NCBI GenBank assembly: GCA_976226885.1
Contig: OZ320315.1
Coordinates: 43,710,001 to 43,774,000 of the forward strand
Direction: 5' to 3'
Origin: Iphione sp. A-MEVVRFRX5
Taxonomy: Eukaryota
DNA: 64,000 bases
Shown here: positions 51,901 to 60,393 of the stretch, piece by piece
How the letters are laid out: every line of letters starts with the position of its first letter
Position numbering within the stretch: position 1 is the first letter of the stretch
Program-made: the position numbers and the translations under genes
Notes under the pieces: model-generated
What the model was told of the DNA's origin: nothing
Database searches by the model: none
The model's input: the letters and a program-made list of their open reading frames with translations, nothing else

Positions 51901-54500
51901 GCTTACCTGATGATAAATTACTTTTGGGAGTGTTGCATTTACTAATGCACTCTGTGCTATTCTGAAATACAACCAGGTATAATTTTATCAAAGGTTTATC
52001 TGTCATAAAGATTCGTTTACATCATACCTCACCAATGATCGAAAAGAATGATACATGTAATTGGAAAACAGGCCTCTCAGCGATATAAATAACTGTGATA
52101 TCAGTTTCTATTTTCGGAATAGGCGGGGAGAGTGGAGAAAATTATGCAGTTTCTTTAGTTGGCTCTTTCAGTTTAGATACAAGATCTCACACGTTTACCA
52201 ACTGTATTCAATGTGAATAAGATCAAGACAGGAGCTACCTTACAGTCGTTCACCCAGTCGGTTGTCTTGTAGAGTTGACACTTTGAGTCACACCCTGAAT
52301 TCTGCAGACAAAAGATGAAAATCATTTTGGCCGGTTTGCACGTGACACTTAGTGCTACTTTCAGCAGGGAGAGACAGGGAACACTGTATGATATCATTAT
52401 TGATCCACTACTACTATTCCCCTTGGTCATATTCACTGAGCAGCAAACAAAATAAATCCCACATGGTGAGACCATAAGACTTAAAAACTGCAGTACTATC
52501 TCCCTTTTCACGCTCGACTATTGCCATGTTTCCATAGAGGAGTTATGTACCTCATCCAAGTTACACACCTACAGCATACAATGTCATGGTCCAGGTGTCC
52601 CTGTGAGGTAGGGTAATTATATATCTTGTCATCTGCATAGGAGGAATGAAGTAAGACAATATCCCAAATACGCATGTAGTAAAGAGACATGAGAATGGAC
52701 TATTTAGTCATGTCCCAGCACATGCACTCTATGTACACGTCATTGCCGTGTGGTAGCTATGTGGTTAATGAACACCCTGTGTTTTGAAGTCTGCATGCCA
52801 AAGGCAATTACCAGAAGAACAACATATTCACATTGGTTCACTCTACGGAACTAAACATCTACTTAATCTACATCAGGTTATCGACGGCAGCCCTAGAGGT
52901 TTCTTTTAACTGAATGATACTTTAAAATATACAGAAATCCTAAACCCAAATTATACATTTAAAGATAAAAGTCAATTTTAATGTTCAAGCTCAATACTCG
53001 TAAGTGTTAAAAGATATTAGGACATGGTGGCAGGTTTCCTACCCCTTTGAATCGCGAATATCCAGTCCCTCTTCTCTTTATTCCCTCTCTTTCCTCTCCA
53101 GTCTTGCCCCATTCTTTTTTCCCCCATGATCTGTTTTCTCTCTCTAACTCTCTCTACCTTGTCATTGTAGTTCGCGTTACTATAGCCGATTCCCTATACT
53201 AGTGAGCAGTAGTAATGCAGCCTTCACAACAATTACAATATTCTAGCAACTGCATGTAGCTGAAACATGCCATCTAATACAGCAGCTGATCTCATGCCCT
53301 TTGATCCTTCATAGACAGAATCGTTCATTACGTCCATAGAAAACTTTAATATACGGAATAAAGGAATGCACATGTTTGACGTTACTGAAGTGTCCTACAC
53401 GTGTAAATGTGCGTGGATATGAAATATATTTTCATGTACATGCTGGTGTGAAGATAGAACAATACATTTAGCGGCTAGAATAGTAGTATGCATGGTCACT
53501 GGTATATTCTTTTATCGATTGGCCTCACAAGCCTCATATCGGTCGACCTAAATCTAGTTGAACAAGCTAAAGTGTATACATTGTTATATTTAATCTAAAC
53601 GAAAGGTAGAACAACAGGCTTTTTAATGATAAGGATAAACTTCATCGTCTGAGAGAACTTGGCCACAGGCGCCTATATATATTCTTGTACGTGTATTGTG
53701 AATTTTATGGTCCGGGCAAAATTCAAGCCGAATGACCTTAATCTTGCGTGAGCAGTGCACACATACTTTGTCCATGCTCACAACCAAATCAAAAATATCT
53801 TTCCCCTGGCATGACTGCAATGTATATATAGGAAGTTTTCTTCAGGTGATGCCTTAGCTCTAGTTCAGGTACTGCCCTTATCCAGACTCCTCCCGACCAC
53901 CCACCCCCGCACTTCCCCGTCTACGAAGTGTTTATTCCTCTGGGTAGATCGTTAATGATTCCACCATATGGGGCCGATAAAAATGTAGTAGCTCACCTCT
54001 CATTAACATATCGCGCCCATTCATAGTGATTAATTCTGTACAGGATATGTTTCAAAAAGAAACATATTGTCAGAATTCATCCATTTTTCTTGTGCAGGCC
54101 ATTTGTGGTATTTTATGAGACCTATTGATGAATACTTATCTAATGAGCGAAGATGTTCATGAGCGAAGATGTAATGAGCAAATGTTCATTGCATGTATCA
54201 GTAATGTTATAAATATAGTGTTATATTGTGAGGAGACATTTGTTTCATTGTAATTCAATAGCCACATGGTGATTACGTAAGAGAGATACTCACTTGGATA
54301 TCTGCGCATTTCGCCATGCACTGCCCGTAGCACAATGCCGTGAAGCTGCTCAAGGAAATACTAGCTGATGGAACTCTAGAAAATAATCCTCTTGTCGTCG
54401 ATTCGTATGTCTTGGTCTGAACAATATTCGCCGTCCAAACGGGAGACCAAAGAGTCAAGCACATCGAAGTTGAAAACACTAAGACGATCAACGTCGCCAT
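33804..54500 (-). CDS. Multi-exon receptor tyrosine kinase (Cys-rich + FN3 ectodomain, TM, TK domain); overall span, 3' end unresolved
   Basis: 15 GT-AG exons join in consistent phase (2024 nt). Kinase motifs LGRGAFG, VAVK, FLQE, HRDLATRN, DFG, KWMAIE, DVWAFG, GGVPYP. One TM helix and an N-terminal signal peptide. Confidence 0.9.
34280..34970 (+). mobile_element. Decayed LINE ORF2 C-terminal fragment
   Basis: NPEKITAVVF, MFLGYHL, DSNLFWK and GSKLWNTLP remnants in shifting frames. Confidence 0.65.
35332..35493. mobile_element. Tc1/mariner-like MITE
   Basis: TIRs cagtggaacccctcta / tagagaggttctactg; left TA; two internal ctctataaaggacac repeats; homologous to 58413-58590. Confidence 0.8.
36057..36271 (-). 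CDS. RTK kinase subdomains VIb-VIII
   Basis: DYLSQRGFVHRDLATRNILV...KIGDFGLTR...LPLKWMAIEAIFDLVFNTKTDV; tttgatag acceptor, GTAAGT donor. Confidence 0.97.
37403..37477 (-). CDS. RTK kinase subdomain VIa
   Basis: LLVSDLLSFGKQIATGM; ATG|GTAAGG donor. Confidence 0.9.
37835..38016 (-). CDS. RTK kinase subdomains III-V
   Basis: DDFLQEIALMKTIGAHPNVVSMLGCCTQGAPLCLLVEYMVTDLLHFLR; AAG|GTCGGT donor. Confidence 0.95.
38342..38583 (-). CDS. RTK kinase subdomains I-II with Pro/Gln-rich insert
   Basis: DPWEVPRENLILGEVLGRGAFGQVV...VAVKML; ctctccag acceptor, GTACGT donor. Confidence 0.95.
38967..39002 (-). CDS. RTK juxtamembrane 36-nt microexon with NPLY motif
   Basis: ctttctttccacag acceptor, AG|GTAATT donor, phase 2-2; encodes KYLVDNPLYTT. 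Confidence 0.7.
39494..39652 (+). mobile_element. About 158-bp MITE with two GGGTATCG-GA-CGATACCC-type hairpins
   Basis: Imperfect TIR caggcctgtagcc / ggctatgggacttg; ATAA on both flanks; homologous to 40450-40607 in the opposite orientation. Confidence 0.7.
40450..40607 (-). mobile_element. Inverted second copy of the hairpin MITE
   Basis: catgcctgtagc...ggctacgggagtg; CTTAA on both flanks. Confidence 0.7.
40750..40933 (-). CDS. RTK transmembrane exon
   Basis: VLYGILPVTAILLFAASFAF followed by basic stop-transfer AKRRRIKK; ttttcatcccacag acceptor, AG|GTCAGA donor. Confidence 0.85.
41819..41915 (-). CDS. RTK membrane-proximal ectodomain exon
   Basis: IMPTVDEIQEGRFDMDMRGVDAAFCIDDLKEY; ttaatcacag acceptor, G|GTATGT donor; phase 0-1 links to the TM exon. 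Confidence 0.65.
42285..42341 (-). CDS. RTK ectodomain exon (NVTEFQLCVEKTAVRYGVK)
   Basis: ccttttgcag acceptor, AAG|GTACCG donor, 57 nt, phase 0-0. Confidence 0.65.
42761..42960 (-). CDS. RTK FN3 repeat 2
   Basis: EPPGPVHNATV...VIVTWFPP...IDSYVVQWG; acceptor ttttggttcaag, donor GTAGGT. Confidence 0.8.
46062..46182 (-). CDS. RTK FN3 repeat 1, second half
   Basis: TLESTFQARVEVCTKRQFRVAAVSQFGTKGFS (FN3 C-terminal strand pattern); cattacacag acceptor, GTTAGT donor. Confidence 0.8.
46604..47512 (+). CDS. Ngaro ORF1 (gag-like) with C-terminal Cys/His zinc-finger region
   Basis: 302-aa open frame inside the element; acidic low-complexity N-terminus; CPNWYSGKC...H...HVCPFC...H...C at the C-terminus. 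Confidence 0.8.
   Translation: MAEAAKLSEHTKLLENILSRLSLLEQGTSTKKAAKKTKKSSIITRSATKSGTTTKENSDSEPDDDDTQDDEQDEDTEVLPSTEQIKSTASSHIQALLSTMYPDSVTPPGRRPNKVTPATYIHLPRGDKAELGKLSMHQYVADTLGLYMDKAYPKENKLTILKHLKEAVEAAEAIEWEPVSAWVTELWEALNLGQVKWAETRDIDKMKSKAVDSYIYSARSANAIQKEQVVICPNWYSGKCENKEDHSEKTLLFKHVCPFCYYMYNKSLDHKVDQCRHKKRLQKAEKDTKNGQRENWRQHNDQ
47518..49378 (+). pseudogene. Ngaro RT-RNase H, split by a frameshift near 48691-48698
   Basis: RT motifs RVVIDLS, VDISRAYR, LPFGTRLS, YLDD; RNase H motifs VDAC, LEAMN, SDN, ADALSR. Confidence 0.9.
49375..50354 (+). pseudogene. Ngaro tyrosine recombinase, split by a frameshift near 49660-49676
   Basis: Catalytic signature LLRQSN (R), VKWSKT (K), HSFRRGG (H-x-x-R), QGTW (W), VLVY (Y). 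Confidence 0.9.
51447..51598 (-). CDS. RTK FN3 repeat 1, first half
   Basis: LIPNPPRV...VRLSWQ...VVYVIE...W FN3 pattern; cattattcag acceptor, GTAAGC donor. Confidence 0.8.
51907..51961 (-). CDS. RTK Cys-rich exon (NSTECISKCNTPKSNLSS)
   Basis: gtatttcag acceptor, G|GTAAGC donor, 55 nt, phase 0-1. Confidence 0.6.
52239..52301 (-). CDS. RTK Cys-rich exon (NSGCDSKCQLYKTTDWVNDCK)
   Basis: tttgtctgcag acceptor, AAG|GTAGCT donor, 63 nt, phase 0-0. Confidence 0.6.
54294..54500 (-). CDS. RTK first coding exon: signal peptide plus start of Cys-rich region
   Basis: MATLIVLVFSTSMCLTLWSPVWTA...CYGQCMAKCADIQ followed by GTGAGT donor, phase 0. Confidence 0.7.
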
Positions 54501-57115
54501 CTCCTTGACTTTCTAATCTTGCGGATGAGTCTATACTGTTTTAAGCTCATCCTTAATGTGATCTCCAGGACTAGGCCGCCGCGATGGAGCAAGGCCTGTT
54601 TTCTCCAGGTAATGGCCTTATCGAACGAACCCCCTCCCTCCACTTGTACCAGCTCAGTCGCGGGGTCTTGGACCGATACTGATATAAACCAACAGCAGTT
54701 ATATTTCCCACAGGTTTAGGATCAGTAGACAATACTCTCTATACATCGTCTCCGGCATTTGATAGGAGAAATGATATCAGCCATTGCTAAAAATTGTGTC
54801 TTACTGCAGCTTTTTATGTCCAATTTTATAGGCCTTATAAATTTCTATGGACTAAAACCCTATGAGTTCGAAGTCCGTCTGTTTCGATATATATATTTTT
54901 TTAAATTATCTATACCATTGCTGCAAGAAAAAACAAACAAACGCGAGCTACGTGTCGAAAATACCTGTTGAACAATATTGTTGAACAATGAGCGTTGTGA
55001 AGTCTAGATGCCGCCGACCAGTGCATGACAGCGACCACGAGCAGATTTCAGGTGCCTCTTAGTCTTGCCAGAGTGTAAACCAAACGCTATTAGCCGGGTG
55101 CCCGTCCGCTTATTCCTGGTGAGAGACATTTCTCTAGAGGCAGACGTCAAACGCGTCGAAGGTAACCATGGCAGTGGGGGGATAAGTGGCAATAATCGCT
55201 ACAGTACATGTCCTTGGAATATTAAGAATGTATATTGTTTGCTGTATGACTTCTAATTCACACTTCTTCATCTCTCCACGTATAGAACAGTTACGTTAAC
55301 CTATTGAAAGGTGTTATTCGTAGTAACCCTTACATGATAATGACGCTACATTACCTGTGTTCTGCACTCTGTTGTATAAAACATTCGACTCTTTATTTTC
55401 CTATGTAAAAGCCTTTTGGGGGATCTTATTTCATTATTCTTTTCATATTCATAAAAACGCGTGAATTCATACGCCGATAACTTATGATAGGGATACATTT
55501 CCACATTTACCCTTTGATACATTCCCCTTCGTGTGCTTATTTAATTGATGTCTGTCTATTTTAGTGGTAGAAAGTACACATAAGCCAAAAACGAATGGCA
55601 CAAGATCGTAGAGCACATTTAATGCTGCGCCGCGGGTGTTTCTGAATAAAGATCAACATTTCTGCGTGAACAAGTATGTATATGGGGTATTATAGAAGAG
55701 CACGTTGCCGCATTATCTACAGTTCATAAATAACCTCTTTAACGACTGATATGATTCGTATTGGTAGCCCAATTTCGTTAAAAATGCAAAGAATTTTGCA
55801 TGTTATTCTACAGAGGAAAAGGTATCAGTTGTTAAGTATACCACAGTCTATACATGTATTCATTTTCCCTTGAATGACCGTTAGCAATAAACTAAAAGGT
55901 AGATGGTATTTGTAATCAAACTCCTTGTGGTTTATCCCTGGTGCGTTATCTGAGATTTCGATTTGGAATAAATGTATTCATATTCACTAGATCATTGATT
56001 TTCTTATCTGTGGTAGTGTCTGAGACCTAACAATCAGGCTAGCCTCGCGCCAGATATCATAAAATGATTATCTTTATCAACTATATGCGTCCTTATAGAT
56101 ATGAATTCTCTGTAATGGATCACACTACAATGTATAATTATTATTTGTGTGCCCAAATGGTCTGTAATGAAAATAGTGCTTGTTTTATCAAAACTGAACT
56201 GTTCTGGGGCAAAAATGTACAGATTTCAAACCGGACAATATGTGGACAAAATCTTCCAAGATATGGGCATCATCAGTTGAAAACTCCCTTTTGACCAACA
56301 ATCTTGGCTCTCACAAAATGAGGTGAATTCTTGTGTTCGGCAGACAATATTGCAGCTACAGTGTATTTGCAAAAGTCATATTAAGGCATACTTTACTTCA
56401 TTTTGTTTTATTTCAGTGAATCTTGTTACGGATTACAAGTTGCCCTTGGTCAATACGATTAGTTGTATTAATATCATACTACTTTAACATAAAAATTCAA
56501 GAATTAATGCAAGTATCCTTCAAACGGAAGAAACGCGGATAAATACTTTAATGGTGAATATGGCAACATTCCTCACGTTATGTGTGTTCAGCTTTGTGTT
56601 TCAAGATGGTGACTGTCGCTATCACTTTCCTTTGCTTTCTATGCACTATATAGTGCATATAATTAAAGATGGAATTAACTTCTCTTGGCAAATAGTGGCT
56701 TTCTCTATAACATCCGCAGAAACTTACGTTAACAAGTGTTTTAAATGCCAACATTCCATCGATGTAAATAAACATAATTAAACACAATAATAGATTCAGA
56801 CTAACATTAGATATACATGTGCTCATGTTTCATCTTGTCAACAAATCATGTCACCATTTCGGTCATACTGAAATGTTAATGAATTTCAGTATGTATACAT
56901 ATATATATATAGATGTAGTAGTATATATAAATTTTGAACATGGACAATTGATTAGGAACTGGAGAGTTGGTGTTTATCACACCAGAGGGAGGCATAGTCA
57001 AGCCATGTCTATAAGGTGTCTTTGGCGCCAACCACCAGCAGTACGTTCACACTGATTGGAATCATAACGAATGTTCTAATAACCATCCTTTACGATGCTG
57101 ATGCAGTGTATCGAT

Positions 57116-58018
57116 TCACTTTTTCCATCTATACTCATACTCGGGGCGGGTGAGGAAATCGTTATAATCTGCAACACCCTCAAATGACTTCTTTGCGGGG
57201 CCAACAAGGAATATATTTTCAAAGGAATTCATACCAGTCCTGTCAAAGACCACCGATACTTTGCCTCCTATGTATTTGACCTTGGTCTGCTTACCAACCT
57301 TTGGCCCATTCCATGGCTTCCGGAAATCATTGGCAATTGAAGATGCAACTGCTCCAGTGCCACATCCGAGAGGCTCGTAATCAATGCCAATCTCAAAGCA
57401 GCGGATATTTATGCTGGCTACTTCGTTCTCGTCCGTTTCATCCTCGGGCTGAACAAACATAACATGGACTCCTCCACGTTCATCCATGTATTTGGCGTCA
57501 TAGCCCAGCTCCCGTCCCCTAGGAACGATATCAACTTGTTGCAGGTCCTCGGGAAAGTTGATGTGTTGCTTACAACCCACATCGATGTAGAAGTTTTCAT
57601 TATCATATTTGACCACAGCAGATGGCATGTCCAGAAACTTGATATGCACATCATTTGTGGCGTCATCAACCCAGCCAATGTGTGGGCCATCATTCGCCAG
57701 GAAGTGGTACTTGTCTCCCTGGTGGCTGACACCTAAATGGTGTGCGAATGCAACAATACAGCGACAACCGTTGGCGCAGAGTATTGGTACTTTCACACCC
57801 TCCTCACGTGTGAAGATCATCTCAAAATCATAATCAGGATGGTTGCGTAATTCGAGAACTGCATCAGCACCAATGCCAAAATTACGGTCACACAACCATT
57901 GCATGAATCGCCTGTTTTCACTCAGTTCATTGAAATGGCCATCTCGATTGTCAATTATGACGAAGTCATTACCGATCCCCTCATATTTATAGAAGTGTAC
58001 TTTCTGTTCTGTAGACAT
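57116..58018 (-). CDS. dapF: DapF (diaminopimelate epimerase)-family PLP-independent racemase/epimerase, 300 aa, single coding exon
   Basis: N-terminal HFYKYEGIGNDFVIIDNR, LCDRNFGIGAD, first catalytic Cys motif LCANGCRC (canonical CGNG), second motif LGCGTGA, C-terminal NIFLVGPA. Frame is intact. Symbol denotes the family only; substrate probably differs. Confidence 0.95.
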   Translation of the reverse strand: MSTEQKVHFYKYEGIGNDFVIIDNRDGHFNELSENRRFMQWLCDRNFGIGADAVLELRNHPDYDFEMIFTREEGVKVPILCANGCRCIVAFAHHLGVSHQGDKYHFLANDGPHIGWVDDATNDVHIKFLDMPSAVVKYDNENFYIDVGCKQHINFPEDLQQVDIVPRGRELGYDAKYMDERGGVHVMFVQPEDETDENEVASINIRCFEIGIDYEPLGCGTGAVASSIANDFRKPWNGPKVGKQTKVKYIGGKVSVVFDRTGMNSFENIFLVGPAKKSFEGVADYNDFLTRPEYEYRWKK

Positions 58019-58412
58019 TGTGTTGCAGGCACTGTAATAAATGAAAATAAGTACTTTGATAATTAATCGATCGCATAACAGTTTAGTTACTAGCTACAAA
58101 ATATATTTTCATCTTTTGTGCCTATGACAGTTACTGTATCTGCTATAGCCCTGTTTGAAATACGTGTCATACGTAAATGTTATTTAGCTTAATTACACTA
58201 TAAAAAGAACTTTACTGGGATGCCGGCGATAGGCATATTATAAAAATAAATGTACTCTTTGCTGACATAAAACATACAAGTATATGAATTATCCATGTAT
58301 TCACCACAAACATATATCAGGCTCTAACAAAAATTCATATAATGTGTAGGCTGGAATAAAGACAGGCAGAAAAAACAACTGAATTCATTGGGCTTTCCAA
58401 CAAAGGCAAGTA

Positions 58413-58590
58413 CAGTAGAAACTCTCTACAAAGGACACCCTCCATAAAGGACACCTCACATTATGTACAGGCTGGAAACAGAACAAAATCTATATAATCA
58501 TGTTTAAATACCCCTGCTATAAAGGACACCTCTCTTTATGGACAGTTTTTGATCGGTCCTTTTACTGTACACACTAGAGAGGTTCCACTG
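58413..58590. mobile_element. Tc1/mariner-like MITE, same family
   Basis: TIRs cagtagaaactctcta / tagagaggttccactg flanked by TA on both sides; internal ataaaggacacc repeats. Confidence 0.85.
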
Positions 58591-60375
58591 TATTAAGATG
58601 GGATGTCTTTAGTATTTTTAAATATGTGTATATGTAACTGATAAACGTTACAGATTCTATTGATGCTGCTGTCACAGCAAAGTCATTTTCCTCGGGTACA
58701 GTGATAAATTAAGGCATTGTAGGCAATAGTGGTACCAATGGAACCACCATATTTGGAAGCAGACTATCAGGCCTGATGAGTAACGGGTTAACTTAAATAT
58801 AGGCCTATGTAATGCTAGAAAAAATAGTAAATGGGGCAGTTACATGCATGGGGGCCCTCGGTGCTGGCCTCCCCGTGACACTGCTAAAGACCTTTTGCCA
58901 TCTGACTTCCAGCTGCCTGATTGATGGTGTACATGTAACCGATGCCACTCAACTATGGACTATTGCTACAGGTTAGCTAAATACCTTGTAGATGATTGAG
59001 GTCACTCACTGTGGTTTACCGCTGACGAATCACTGTTCTATTGGATGTTCATTTAATTTTGTCTAGTTTTAAGCCTCTACGTATGGATGAGATTGGTCAA
59101 TAAGGTTTATTAATTCATTCATCACCACAAACTTAAATAATCCCGATAAAGTCATAAAAGCTATTTTGGGGATATCCTCTGTTTTCATTTCAGGAAAACA
59201 TGCAAGTTTAACACTGACCGTTTTTGGTCACTTCTTGACCGAGACTGTGTGTAAATCTGCTGCATGGACTTGTTCCTTCCTCTTGTAATGTGTCAGTCAT
59301 CGTCAGGCCGGATGGCTTCGCGAAATAAAGAACTTCCACACAGAATATGCGTTCGTTGTGCTCAATTCCAAGTCCGGATGAGAACTGTCTTTATTCAGGA
59401 AATCAGTGCCCTTATACACAGAGTCTGGCTCTAAAATTAGCCAAGGTACAACCTTAAAAATAGTAACACCCTCCCCCAGAGATCTTTCTGGAGGGGCGCT
59501 TCTAGAACCTTCTACTGCACATACTACCTTTCTCTCCAGGATCTTTCTGGAGAGATCCTTTCTAGAACCTTCCTAGCTATGCTCAGCACACACGTACTCC
59601 CACCTAGGGGAGTTTCTAGAATGTTCTTCCCACCCCACGCCACCGGTGGCTATTTCGGAGGATTATCCTCCGAGAACCCTTTCGGAGGAAACACTCTCAA
59701 TGCGCATTTTGTTCATACCAATCACCGAAACGCTACACTCTCACCCTATCACTGGAATACCCAGAAGATCGACATCAATGTTCGTAAAAGATCCAACTTT
59801 AAGAAACTTTACAATAATGGATGCAACAAGAAGCATTAGTGCAAAAAACATGACGCAGGAATATTTGATATTATACATGTACCACTAATGCATCAACGCC
59901 AGAGTCATTTGAAACCATGCTATATTGAGTTGAAAATATGGTTTTGTACCTAATGTCCTCATGATATAGAGACCTCATGTGTAGAGACATAACAGAAGGT
60001 AGTAAATGATAATGTAAAGGATGCAAGCTGTGTGAGTAGTAATTCCTCATTATCATCTCAGATTTTGGCTTTTCGATTGTCAATATGAAAGACTGCATCT
60101 GATAGTAGAATCGGAAATCTGATGAAGTCACCAGAATATATGTTATGACTATGCTGTACTATTAAGAAATCAAGAATTAAGTAAGCCACTAGAGCAATGA
60201 CTGTATATAAGGTAAGGTTTTTGACTGAATAAACACTCTCTCTGCACTTTGAGAGAGACATCCAGCAGAATTTTGCACACAGAGTGAACCAAATTTCCTT
60301 ATGTAGACATTGTTTATTGTAAGCATTTTCTGAACCTTGGTACATTAGCCTTCAAGTCATGGTTACGTGACATTT

Positions 60376-60393
60376 TGGTGGCAGTGGTAGGAT
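60376..60393 (+). other. Primer-binding site complementary to the tRNA-Leu 3' end
   Basis: TGGTGGCAGTGGTAGGAT matches 16/18 with TGGTGGCAGCGGTGGGAT, the complement of ...AUCCCACCGCUGCCACCA; lies 3 nt after a CA dinucleotide. Confidence 0.75.

Noticed and set aside
53623-53820. Extra Cys-containing RTK exon (SCQGKDIFDLVV...)
   Set aside because: An acceptor exists but the donor is ambiguous, and the model is already in phase without it; left unresolved
57418-57833. Alternative ORFs overlapping dapF (likewise 46573-46959, 50018-50329, 38372-38743, 33762-33956)
   Set aside because: Shadow frames of real coding sequence
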